A stretch of DNA of 56,118 bases, the filler included, from Sphacelaria rigidula (lineage: Eukaryota), in assembly GCA_964200075.2 (NCBI GenBank). It is 7 parts of 7 records of this genome, joined end to end, with 100 filler letters (N's around TTAATTAATTAA, not from the genome) between each part and the next. Parts side by side here need not be neighbours in the genome. Positions count along the whole stretch, not along the records: positions 8,033 to 15,963 come from CAXNAA020012934.1; positions 16,064 to 23,994 come from CAXNAA020012935.1; 5 more parts are not named here. The stretch is one strand, 5' to 3'. The position numbers and the translations under genes were made by a program. Every line of letters starts with the position of its first letter. Within the stretch, counting starts at the first letter, position 1. A model generated the notes under the pieces. That model saw nothing but the letters and a program-made list of their open reading frames with translations, was not told the origin of the DNA and did no database searches. This document shows, in pieces, positions 10,548 to 22,120 of the stretch.

Positions 10548-10797
10548 GAGACTTTCTACGATAGCCGCCCCCCCAAAAAGTGCATGGTTTTGTGAGGCAA
10601 AATCTTCACGTAAATCGAGAGAGGAAAAGACGAGCACAACGAGCAGCTGGGAATTCCCATGATTGGGCTCGTCGTAGCCACTGTCACCAACATGAGGCGC
10701 TTCATGCAGCCTGAACCCAGACATCAGGCGCTGTGTGGCCATTTTTTTCGCGACACTCTTGGGCTGGTTCTGGGGGGGGGCTATCGTAGAAAGTGTC
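10548..10797. mobile_element. MITE family E with 4-bp TSD (CATT)
   Basis: TIRs GAGACTTTCTACGATAGCC.. / ..GGCTATCGTAGAAAGTGTC, flanked by CATT on both sides. Confidence 0.9.
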
Positions 10798-10801
10798 CAT
10801 T

Positions 10802-11068
10802 CCACATGTCGGACAGCTCATGAGCTAGCTACCTCAGACTAGTAATCGAAGAGAGCTCTCAGATCTTTTGTACAAAAACAGAAAACACGTGACAGCAGTG
10901 TCCGAGATGCCAAAGTGTTACCTTCCCGCTACATCACACGTGCTCGCCGTCCATCGCTGTCGGAAGCTAATACGGAAATAGTGGCCGAATGAGCTAGCTC
11001 ATGATCTGGATCAGTACACGCATAAGAAGTAATATCCAGATAGCTCATGAGCTGTCCGACGTGTGAAG
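10802..11068. mobile_element. MITE family D (~270 bp). Other copies ~1205-1440, ~6320-6595, ~31500-31730
   Basis: Inverted ends CCACATGTCGGACAGCTCATGAGCTA / TAGCTCATGAGCTGTCCGACGTGTG. The copies share the internal blocks GATCCGGAT-ATGA-CCAG-TCA, ACAGCGCCGGACGCC-AGC and GACCCTGC-GTCAC. Confidence 0.75.
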
Positions 11069-11452
11069 TTTACACTCAGTCTTGTGTATAAACGGCTGCG
11101 TGGTAATCTCGCGCACTATGTTACGGGTGATGTTGGTGAGGATGGGCGCCAAGGTAGCAATATGACCAACAAAAACAAAACGCTTGATAGCATTCTGTCA
11201 ATCTTTGTGGTTGGGAGTTTTTGGCGCTTTCTCGTGTTATTTTTTTTTATTTGGGATTCGAAAATACTAGCGTCGTTAGATGTCGGACGGTGATCAGCGG
11301 TTGCAATAAGCAAAGTGAACTTGAAAATAAATTGCCGACAACAAAGTCACTACAAAATTATTCGCGCCAACACAGATGTTGGTTACTGTAGTAAATAAAC
11401 AAATAGACATCATGAAGGACAAGACTGATCACGACAGCAGGGGTAATGACGG

Positions 11453-11539
11453 CATCATCATCATCATCATCATTATCATCATCATTATCATTATCATCAT
11501 CATCACCATCATCATCATCACCATCACCATCACCATCAC

Positions 11540-11572
<33 letters not shown>

Positions 11573-11642
11573 TATCATCACCATCATCATTATCATCAAA
11601 GAACAACAACGAACAACAACAATGATGATGACGATGATGATA
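11453..11642. repeat. (ATC)n / (ACC) microsatellite
   Basis: About 150 bp of CAT/CAC triplets followed by short AAC and GAT runs. Confidence 0.95.
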
Positions 11643-11949
11643 AAATAACAGATCCGGCTCAATCTATTGGTGCGGTTGCGGGGGCGCAACGTTTACAGAG
11701 GTACCACGATGTGCCTTGTTTGCATTTGTTTTTCTAGAACGATGTCCCATGCGACGAAGCCCGATCCGGTACGTACTCAAAATCTGCACAACCATACTCT
11801 CGGCGCTACCCGCCCCTCGCTCCCTCGATGTCATCGACTCAATCCGGTGGTTTGGTGGGTATGGCAAGAAGCGACATTCATAGATCCACAAACCGAAAAA
11901 AAACGGATCGAGGTACTACTCCAAGATATTCTGCTTATTGCCGGGCATT

Positions 11950-13800
11950 ATAGAGACGCGCAAAACTAACTCACATTACAAAAGCGCAAGTACTGCCGTG
12001 TCGAAAAATTCTGCGATTAATCGCCTGTGCCGCGAGGACATGGCGACGCGGCAGCGCTGCCCGAACAGAGCAAAAGTATTCGATTCGAAGCCCTCGACGA
12101 GGTACCGATACTCATATGTTTTTCATTCTTCTAGATATGGTGCAGCTACCGTGCGAAGTATCACAATCTGTGTTGGAGCAGCTAACGTCGTATATTTGCA
12201 TGTCCGTGTTTCGGCTGATCTCGACTACCGAGAATGCTTCGTCGGATGGTGGTTGCAAGCTCCCTCGTGTCAGCACGGAGCACCATGGTCGAGCTTAAAC
12301 TGGCAACGACCGCGGTGCGAGGAGGTAGGTATCTCTTATCGCAACGCACGACGGCCATCTCAGACCTTAGATAATGACACGTGTACTGTCTGATTGAGGG
12401 GAGGGGTCCAGCTCTACACTGGGCTTTCGCGATTTCTTCGTACATTGCGATGCCACCCTCCAGTATGCGCGCGGTGTAAACATCGGCAAAAATGGAGGGG
12501 CTACGGGAGTGCTGATTCAACTCTGGAAATAAAATTGTCAGAGAGGTACCGGGGGGCGAGAGGGGGGTATTTCCTCGAGAATATGGATTCGTCCCAAGGA
12601 TTGGGGGAGTTTAAGCGTATGGCGAAAAGTGGCAACGGTATGTAAGGATATATATTTATATGTATATATTTATATATATATATTACTGCTTCGCTCATGT
12701 GGTTTTCCTTGCTGCTCTCGATAATGCCTTGTGTCTCTAGATCACTCTCAGCTGCTTGCAATATAAGTTATTGATGTATTTCCCCCCAGAGCAGTCACCT
12801 TGCGGGGAGCAACCACAACATCTTGCCGGTTTCGATCTTATTTTCGTTTGCGTTACCATGCAAGAGCAACACCTGGGGTGGATCATGCCACGGTAGGAGT
12901 GCACTCTTTTGGCCCGAACGTTTCTCATGTCGGGGCTCCTTAACTCAGGAGCCGCCAGGAGTATTGGCCAGAGCGTGTCCGTTTCAAAGCTAATGTGTCG
13001 GGATAATCCTAGCCCATTTCATTACTAATCATACCACGATTATACGTGCTTCATTGATATTTTTGGATGAGATATAGGGCTCCTAACGATATGACGTTGA
13101 GCATTGTTTTGTGCACCCCTATCGCGGCATCACTCCGGTCGTCAAGAACTCAAGGACGAACCTTACGTCCTTCGCTTGAAATTATTTCAGGCGTTACACG
13201 CCATGGGGTAGAAGGTTGGGCGGATAGGGGAAATGCTGGAGTACATCGTTGCCCGTAGGCGCCATTCCAAGACATTGTCTAAGGCAATGTGGAGAATTCC
13301 AAGCCCACTTTGATGTCGATAGTCGGGAACATACTGGTAGCTTGACGCTTTTCCCAACTCAAATTCATTGATAAGTGTGCCATCGCGCCACGCAGTCATG
13401 AGCCCTCCTGCTCGGGGCAATACTTTGCATCCTGCCTACCATGGGGCAACACGTTTTTCTCTGTAGTATGTGTGTCAATATCATACAGTAACCACGGTAC
13501 TCAACCGTTTGCACTGACTATACTGAGCACTGTGGTTGTTGATACATCTTTGCAATAGTTAGACCCGGCATACGTGGACGCTGCTAAATCTATAGCTCAA
13601 AGTCCCCGTACCGCCCCAGACTTGCCATTCATGCCATTAAAGCTGTTGTGCTGTGCAGGGTTCATTGTGCGTATTCTTGCCTTGCGAATTTGCATCGGGA
13701 TACCGCGGTGTTTTTCATCCGCCCCAGAACAGTCATAGGGAGAATTGAACCCGGGCTTATCTCTTGACAGGATGGTACAATAACGACTGCGCGAAGCAGT
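11950..13800 (-). mobile_element. Highly decayed Ty3/gypsy pol relic within a kinase intron
   Basis: Fragments resembling RNase H (NVLEWRLR) and the integrase zinc finger (VHSYRGMIHP...KYINNLYCKQ) in gypsy order. Motif matches are weak. Confidence 0.35.
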
Positions 13801-13860
13801 TAGCACAGTGGTAATTGTGACATCTTAAAGGTATGCACCTTGTCCACCATGTCCACTCGC

Positions 13861-13986
13861 CTCTAGATGGCCTCCTGGGGAAGCACGAACATGCTTGTGC
13901 AATGGACCGCCCAGCACCGGCTCCATGATAAAGAATACGTAGTCGTCCTCCCTTGAAGTTCCGCGGAGGTCAACAATTCCGGGATG
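13861..13986 (-). CDS. AGC kinase exon (subdomains IV-V)
   Basis: GCAG acceptor. HPGIVDLRGTSREDDYVFFIMEPVLGGPLHKHVRASPGGHLE. The only in-phase donor seen is AG|GCGAGT (GC donor). Confidence 0.85.
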
Positions 13987-14585
13987 CTGCTCCGGCGGGG
14001 TAGGTGTGAGGTAAAGACACTCGGAGGTTGGCCGGCAGTTCTGATTTCCGTCAGACCTCAAACTAACCGCGGTTTGTTTTGAAATCTCCTGAGTTAGGCT
14101 CGATAGTAGTTATTGACAGTATTTTTGCTCTTTTTTTAAAGATACGGTGTCACCCCTTGAATGATTACTGACTAGATCGATCAGGTGGTTGATTGACTGC
14201 GTCGTATTCAACTGGTCCGTGGGGATATGCTGGTGCCGAAGTCCAACCGGGAGGAAATCAGTCATAATCTGATGATACGCCACCGCACAATATACTGCCC
14301 CGCACCCGCTATGCTCGGAGGTACGCGGACGGTCTAGTTTTCACCCCCTACGTAAGAGGTTGGAGGCATTTCTGCTAGGAGAACGAACGGTGCTCTGTCT
14401 CGAAAGGAGTGCGTGATCAATGGTCAAACGACTCTGGCAAGCAACAATTGAGTACGCCGCCCCCCGCCCCCCCTACGAAGCGAGCCTTATGACTATGGCA
14501 TGCATGATCATGAGTACACCCCTACAAAGCGACCGTCTCAGTTGGTTATAACCCGTGGTTCCTAGCTCCACATGATTCGACGCAC

Positions 14586-14722
14586 CCCCTTGAGCGCTTG
14601 CAGAGCGGCTTTCTCGCGCATCACGCGTCTGATCGCTTCGGCGGTCCGGAGGCGTTGTCGTTCCAATCGCTTGACCGCATGCAGCGACCAAGTAGTCGTG
14701 GTGGTGTCGTCATCGTGACAAC
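14586..14722 (-). CDS. AGC-family Ser/Thr protein kinase, exon (subdomains II-III)
   Basis: ACAG acceptor, GGG|GTGCGT donor. HAVKRLERQRLRTAEAIRRVMREKAALQALKG carries the AxK lysine and the alphaC glutamate. Confidence 0.85.
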
Positions 14723-16063
14723 CTGTCGAGTGTACAGGGATTTTCATAGCAGCGTTGTACGATGATCATACGCATCAAAGTACGTAAGTGAGCGCGATTT
14801 TACCGTAGCTGTTCACGGCGCAAACACGCGGGTGCGCAAATAATTCCAGGCACCCTCTTCCGGCAAGGCCAAACAGACTAATATGATTTCCGGTTGTCAC
14901 GTATTGCTTTCCCTCACCTAGAAATGATCACCTAGAAATTTTTACAAGCTTCGCACGCTCGAAAATAGGTGGACTAAAACCTCGGATTGACTGCCTACAA
15001 CTATCGAATACCTGGTATATATCAACCGCAATACGTATGCGGGTGTGCCTCGGAGAATTTCGTGAGGTCATTTCGAACGAGCATGAGTCGCCGAATATTT
15101 CTGCAACCGGAGTGACATGCACACCCAGAGTTGCTGAATGTCAACCTGTTTACATTGCACACACTTTGATCTGACATAAATTTTTACTACGTAGAACCTT
15201 CGAAAGATGAGACGGGATCCTTCTCCGTACATACTACGTACTATAGTACCTTCATACGATGAGATGGGATTCTTACCCGTACTACACTAATTGTATCGTA
15301 CTCCGCTCCTGATCTGATCACGTGCTATACTGTGCAGATGGTGCAATGTCACATCATGGACTGTTATATTACTGAACTATTTTTATGTGTAGTTAAAGTA
15401 CAACACAGCACATTACGGTGCAGTATACCAGTCTTCCCCATATTCATAAACATCACGAAGATCTGGACAAGAGTATCAACAACTACCACCAGGTGAGTCA
15501 AATTCTGTGTAGAATCCGATAGACAATAGTTGAGGTTACCTTGCAATTCTGTTTCTGTCGTCGCAGACGGTACTTCGAATGATATTTTTTGTAGTAATAA
15601 AATCGAGGTGGAAATGGCGGGGAATCGTTCCATCCTGTTTAGAAGAACCCGCCTCCCTTTTGAAAGAATTGCGACGGTGCTCTGTCTTGAAAGGAAATGC
15701 GTGGTCAACGGTCAACGGTCAACGGTCAACGGTCAACGTGGTCAAGGCAAGAAATAAATGCATGCGTCCCCTTTTGAAGTAATCGCGGGTTAGTGGCCCC
15801 CTTTGTTTTACTCTACCCTTTTGAGTTGTCGTTTGCGCCCGACGTAGCCCATACAGTGGAGCGCACAACCCCTGGAAACATTCACCCGTTCCTCGGACGC
15901 ACGGTACACGGGTTTAACAACCCGCGCAACGGTGACGGAAGGGGGGGCGGGGGGAGGGGGGGGNNNNNNNNNNNNNNNNNNNNNNNNNNNNNNNNNNNNN
16001 NNNNNNNTTAATTAATTAANNNNNNNNNNNNNNNNNNNNNNNNNNNNNNNNNNNNNNNNNNNN

Positions 16064-16480
16064 GAATTAGGTGAAGGTGAGGGTATCTATCGTCTCCCCT
16101 TGCTCCAGAGAATGTCCGCACCAAAATTCGTCGTCATCCGCTAAATACATCGATCGGGGGTTTCATATAGATTTTAGTGTAGACGCCATCTCCGTTAGGT
16201 GAAGGAATTACTATACATGAGGTTTAATCGACGAGAAAATATGGGCCCAAACTTCTAAGCAGATGGGCACCCTCCCCTTGGTTAGGCGATTAATTTGATA
16301 TGCGGATCACGGCCCAACTCGTCTGTGTCGACGAGATATTGCTTTGAGAGCTTGAATCCGTTTTTAGGCTGGCTCAGCTCGTACTTCCAAGAAGGGCGCC
16401 GCGTATCGGAGCTGCACCATTTTTCATTTGTCACCCTTTTCCTCCTCAACCTTGGTGTAGCATATATGAACGCGTAACTG
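16064..16480 (-). mobile_element. Possible Ty1/copia RT relic
   Basis: Manual translation shows NGDGVYTKIYMKPP, similar to copia AFLNG...EIYMxQP. Many stops. Confidence 0.35.
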
Positions 16481-16848
16481 TCGTTCTACAGTAATGCCTC
16501 ACGTACATGACCCACGAGGCTACCTGTGATGCCCCCATGTTGATTGATGGACACTATTAATAGTCTAGCAGTGTAGTGGTCTCGGTTGGTGTTGAACGCA
16601 GTATTGTATTGAGTGTTAATTGCCTTTTTTAAAGATGAATATTATTCATGGTCCCACGACTGTATGATGTTCTATTCGTTCATTTCTTTTTTTTCTCCGC
16701 AAATATGACGATTTGGTTTGATTTTTTGTTAAGCTTTCGTGTGCTGCTGCTGCCCTCCCCCCCCCCGTCCCCGTCCCCTTTCCCCTGATTTCCCGTATTC
16801 GATCGCACTCGGCTGTGTCGTCTGTCGCCGTTTATTTGCATCACCTAG

Positions 16849-16965
16849 GGTAACGTGGAGAAGCAGCAGAGCACCTTTTTTATGTTGAAGGTTTCGGAGG
16901 AAGTGGCGCGAGACGGACTAGTGATACGCTGCATTTCCAACAATAAGAGTCGATTCAAGCTTGTG
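16849..16965 (+). CDS. ARG1/ARL1-type DnaJ co-chaperone, exon
   Basis: TAG acceptor, GTG|GTGAGT donor. GNVEKQQSTFFMLKVSEEVARDGLVIRCISNNKSRFKLV resembles the plant ARG1 segment GKVEKQCAHFF...SKFKL (from recall). Confidence 0.85.
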
Positions 16966-17650
16966 GTGAGTTGTGGTCAGTGGACGCCTATTCCCAAGAT
17001 GATGATTTCTCGCTAAATTAGAAGCCGCAGTTTATATCGCCAGGTTTTTGTCCGTTCGGTTTTCAATCGACACAAGTCTGACGGCGAGAGTCAGAGGGGA
17101 GACTTGTATGAGCCTCCCCCCTTGCCCCCCCCTGAGACGATTTTAGAGTACATATAGCCGTCGCGCCCTGGTGGTCTAAATTAAAATGGTACAGCTAGCA
17201 TCAACCATCAGTTGCGGCGGAAAGGTCGCAGGTTCGAAGCCCGACGATACTGCGGTCTTGGTGAAACAGAATCTGCCTTCCGTCGGTGAAAGCATGAGAA
17301 TGTCAGTAGCACAGACAATTCGACGTGCTGCGGGGGCGGCTATCCTAGTGCCCGAGAATTCGTTGCGTGGCTATCCTAGTGCTGTACACCGGGGGAAAGA
17401 CGGGTTGACCCCTGGCGGAGACTACGTACTCGTTCACAGTAATAAAAAATACGACCAAAACAACTTGTACGCGTCTTACAATGTTCCCGTCTGCACGGCA
17501 GACTCTTTTCATCTCTTGCATGTCAACGACGACCTTGGTCCGTCTCGAAAGGGATTCGTGGTCAATGGTCAAACGACGAAAGCAAGTAGCAAGCAACAAA
17601 TGAGTACGCCCCCTCTCGCCCCCAATCCCCATTCTCCACCGAAACTTCAG

Positions 17651-17755
17651 CTGTTCGACGACGCCGGTAAAGCTCGCTACCAGGAAGAGAGCAGCAAGAC
17701 AAGTTCGTCGAAGGAGGGCTACACAACCTGTTCGCTGTTTTTTGCACCCTTCCAG
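17651..17755 (+). CDS. ARG1-like DnaJ exon
   Basis: TTCAG acceptor, CAG|GTGAA donor. LFDDAGKARYQEESSKTSSSKEGYTTCSLFFAPFQ (QEESxKT motif). Confidence 0.85.
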
Positions 17756-18290
17756 GTGAACTTTTATCGATTATTATTATTATTTCCGCACACTAGTCCG
17801 ATCTCTCGCACCCGTGGTCACAGACGTAGGCTCGTCCTTCCAATACCGTCCCTGCTATTCCTTACAAGACGTGAAGTCCTCCATCACTACACCTAATTAC
17901 ACGAACAAACGCAGTCAACTCATCGGTACTCGGGGATTATTATCTACCATTTTCGGTCTGGCGGCACCCATGGCCTTACGGTGCCATGCGCTGTTTTTCG
18001 GGTGGGGGCGGGGAACTGGTTTGAGCGTTTCCGTGGTGGGGTGTCACCGGTGAATGAGTTTTTTTTTCTCTCGAGGCGTGTCCGTACTGTTGTTGAAGAG
18101 TAGTTGGTGCTTTATTGTTGAGGAAATGTACCTGCTATTTAATACACGAGGTACCGATGGGCGAGAGCGGGTCGGCGTGTACATGTATGTGAACTGCGTT
18201 TTGTGTTTGGAATCGAGTATCGCTGTTGACTGCCCCGTTGTCCTACGATTACCCTCCTGGCTAACTAATCGTGATGACCTACACCCTCAG

Positions 18291-18385
18291 GTGAGCACCG
18301 TGGCGGACACGGTGAATATCCAGAATATGCAAGCGGATGGCGTGCCGGCTGTGTTCGGCCGGTTGGATTTCTTTCAAATTACCAA
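18291..18385 (+). CDS. ARG1-like DnaJ exon
   Basis: CTAAC branch-like motif and CTCAG acceptor, AA|GTGAGT donor. VSTVADTVNIQNMQADGVPAVFGRLDFFQIT. Confidence 0.8.
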
Positions 18386-19476
18386 GTGAGTACTTTGTGC
18401 GGAAGTCAACAATACGTACCTGTTCTCCACAGGTCTTTCTGACAGCAGACATCCACGCTCTTCGAGGGGGAGGTGATGGTAGGTGGTACTCCCGGTCGGA
18501 ACAAACAGCGAGATTCACGGGTATTCTATTTTTCCACGTGAGACTGGCGACCGCGACCGCCATATCGATGCTTTGGCCTCGTGGAAGTAGTGCGGGGCAC
18601 ACATAGGTTGATGATCTTCGAGATAGTGGAGTCTCTCGTTGGGCACCGGATCGCTGCCAATCTGTTGATCGTGGGGGATGAACGCGCAAATGTTTTATGG
18701 GGAACCATACATACAGGACGCCAGGAATACGAGGGTATAAATATTTTACCGGATGTACTGTTTAACTGTATAGGAAAACGGGAATTGTCAATCCCCGTGC
18801 TTGTGATTGTTTTTGTTTCACTATTTTGGCCAATATCCCCCATATGCGGCGCTTCATGATTTCTGAAACCAGCTATTATGCACTATGTGGCCATTTTGTT
18901 CGTAGCAGTTTTGGGACTGGGTTGGGGGGGGGCTATCGCGGCATGACTCAGTTAGCCCTTTCGTGTCGCTCATGAATAAATACCCCGCTCACACTTTTTC
19001 CATTTGATTTTACGTCTACTCCAGCTTCCCCGATTTTCGCAAGTATCGGAAAACCTCAACGATTTCCGGATAAACGAACGAGTTGCAACTGACTACAATA
19101 GTTCATACCTTCGTCCGGCAGTGTGACAGTGTGGGATGCGCACGAGCGTAGAGGGATGTGCACAAACAGAAGGAAAAGAGAGTCTTTGGACAGGAAAAAT
19201 GCGGGAAATTGTGGTGCATCGTTGTGTAGACATGAATATTTGTATGTCCGTCCATCCATTGTGGACCGGGCCATTTCAGTGTGCACCAAATCTTGACCGA
19301 AGACTGGAATCCAGGCGAGGTTCAAGATGTGTTGAGAAGCTGCCACGCTGGCTCCCTAGGCAGGAGCGTCAAAGAGATACGATCAGAGGGGATGCATCGC
19401 GTGTTACTTATCAATATGCACCCCCGCTCCCCCCCCACTCATTCCTCCGGCTTCTCCTGTCCCTCTACGCGAGTAG

Positions 19477-19654
19477 GCGGGAGTTGGAGGCAGGCGACCA
19501 CTTGATCGGCGTGTACGGCGACAACTGGTTGAGGGCTGCGTCGTTTAGCCTAATGGCGATCCCCCTCAAAGCGGCAGCGAAGGAGGAGATTGCATCGGTT
19601 AACAGCGTTGACGAGCAGCTTGTTGCCCAAAGAGAACTCCTCAAGGAGTTCAAG
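19477..19654 (+). CDS. ARG1-like DnaJ exon
   Basis: TAG acceptor (phase 2), AAG|GTGAGC donor. ELEAGDHLIGVYGDNWLRAASF matches the ARG1 motif ELKAGTHIFAVYGDNFFK. Confidence 0.9.
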
Positions 19655-20303
19655 GTGAGCGCTGCGTTCGTCGAGGCGGTGCGTGGTGGTTTAAGAAGGC
19701 TGCCTCGGGTTGGTAATTGTACAACCGAAAGAAAGGATGCGTGGTACTACGAAACGGAACATAATACCCACTGAGCGGTAATGTGCGACTCTGAAAAGGA
19801 ACGGGCATGGTGATTCAAAACGGACATGTCGTTTCGTGAATGGAAAAGTACGACTTTTGGTACCCGAATAGACTGACTACCCCAGGCAGGGACACGTCGC
19901 GCCGAAAGGAAACATGATTCGTGTGACGAGTAGAGCCAATGAGGATTTTTTGTTGGAATATCCTCCGGTGTTGAAGGCAAGCCACTGAGGTCTTTCTCTT
20001 CTCACTGCATCCTCCCGTTTGCTTGCAAGCATCCACGATGACGGTAGCTCCAGCAAATGAGCGTCGGTATGGTTTGTTCTTGAAAGGGGATGGGGGGGTG
20101 GGGGCGTACTCATTTGTTGCTTGCCTTAGTCGTTTGGCCATTGACCACGCATCCCTTTCGAGAAAGCACGGGGGCGGGGAGGAGGGGGGGGAGGTGGCTT
20201 TGCGTCATACTCCCCTCTTTTCCGTGTGGCCCTTTTAAACACATGATGCCATTCACCTATCGTCTTGCGTGTGTTCCGTGTCGGTCGTTTTGTTTCACCA
20301 CAG

Positions 20304-20473
20304 CCCGAATTCATGGAGGCAAAGGCGAAGTGGGAAGCCACCGTTGCCAAGCTAGAGAACATTCAGAACCAAACGCAGGAGTTAGTGGAGGCCCGAGAAG
20401 TGGTGTACGACAAGCTGGTTGGCACGTCGCTTGGGGCGTATTCGTCATCGGGGGGAAGCGCTCCCGCCGGAAG
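20304..20473 (+). CDS. ARG1-like DnaJ exon (coiled coil)
   Basis: CACAG acceptor, AG|GTACGT donor. PEFMEAKAKWEATVAKLENIQNQTQELVEAREVVYDKL has a heptad pattern. Confidence 0.85.
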
Positions 20474-21975
20474 GTACGTCTTGAACCCTTCACACCCTGG
20501 ACAAAAACTGGTTCTGGACAACCCGCGTGAAAGAGACGGAACCGAAGAAGAAAAATTGTTCGAAAGAAGAACATAGACCGGAGTTGGACCGCATTTGGTC
20601 CTTATCCAGCTTATAATACGGAACGGAGGGAGTATTATTTCTTCAGATTGACAAGTGGGTTGGATTTTGTTTTTTGGAAAAAAGGAACGCAATATGTGTA
20701 AGATCAACAAATGCAATAGTGAAGAAAGAATGTATCTTGTAACGGTCGACCATACATTGTCCAGGGTGTGAAACCGTTTGGAGCCCACGTTCCCGCATGC
20801 GACGCCAGGTCACGCGGTGGTTGTAGCGCACTGACAGCAACGACCACATGATCCGCCCGAGAAATACCAAATACCAGAGAACATTCACTAAGGAAGAGTT
20901 TTCGTGAAGCGCACCTCCGTGCGTGCACCCCGTTTGCTTGTGTTGGGGTTGTCGGAATCCTGTCGGGCGGGCGTGCAATTTTATACTGAATGTTTTGTTC
21001 ATTGTCCACATCATCGGTTGTGATATTGACCGCTGAACATGATGGATCGATCTTTCGGCGAGGGGGGGAGGTTCGGAGTAATCTCGAGGCCTCAAAGTTT
21101 TCTTGTGCGGTAGCATGTGATGGCAATCCTGGTGCTGTTTTACAAGCAGTGGGTGCAGCACCGTGTGGAGTGTTGATTATGTATATCCTCGATTGCTTGA
21201 GTTACTCTGAATGCGCAAGCACCGTGTGGCCATATATATCCTAGATTATTAATATTTAGTAGCTCGCGCTGTGTAAGTTTGTCATCATCTTGAAGATTAC
21301 GCAACAATTTTTTGAATACGTCTATCATATTTCAACTTGAAAAAAATCGGTGATGGTGGTTGTTCCTCGGACTCGTTGACTAGTTTCAATCGCTGAAAGT
21401 TTTTATGTAGTATTTCGTGTGTGGCTGAATCATCTCAAAGTAGAGTGTGGAGAAATTGCATGCGTGGCAGAAACGGTGATCCTCGGATGTAAATGACTCC
21501 CCAACAGGCGTCGGTCGAAGAGGTATATCCTGCTGTTGTGAAGCGCCTCCGGTGTATACACAGTGTATGTGAAAGCGGTTCACCGCCCGGCCCACGCACG
21601 GTCACACACATCTTACCGTACAGAAACCGGACACGTACCGCAGGGTTTATCTCACGTCTTGTATATGACACTGCAACGGTCTAGGTCGTGTGTCACCCTC
21701 TCCACCCTCACCTGCCGCACAGCTCCACAAAAACACCGTAGTTCTTTTCCTATTTTTTTTTTTTCTTTTGACGTCCTGTCCAGCTGCGATTCTTGTATAT
21801 GGCTCCTCCAACCATAAAGATACATTTATTTCGCTGTCCAAGGGCTAATGCCAGCACAAATGTTCTCAACAGCAGTCATTGAATAATCCGTGTGCGCCTT
21901 TCTATTTTCGTTCCGTGCCAATTTGTATTCGTTCTCACGCTCCACGTTTGGGCGGGTGGTGCTACACTGTGACAG

Positions 21976-22120
21976 CCGATCCACCCAGCCGTTCTCGAAG
22001 GACAACGTGGTGAATGTGAACCACGAAATGTCAAGAAGACGGAGAACGGCCGGCGGGGATGGAGATTCTGGCGGACTTTTTGGGCGCATGGCCACAGGCT
22101 TGTTTAGTGGGAAAGGATGA
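21976..22120 (+). CDS. ARG1-like DnaJ probable terminal exon
   Basis: GACAG acceptor in the required phase 2. RSTQPFSKDNVVNVNHEMSRRRRTAGGDGDSGGLFGRMATGLFSGKG-stop. Confidence 0.6.

Noticed and set aside
11358-11689. Poly-D, poly-I and poly-M ORFs (also 32473-32891 and 34650-34901)
   Set aside because: Translations of microsatellites.
17186-17896. 236-aa ORF as a standalone gene
   Set aside because: Chance read-through of intron, a family-A repeat and the 105-nt DnaJ exon.
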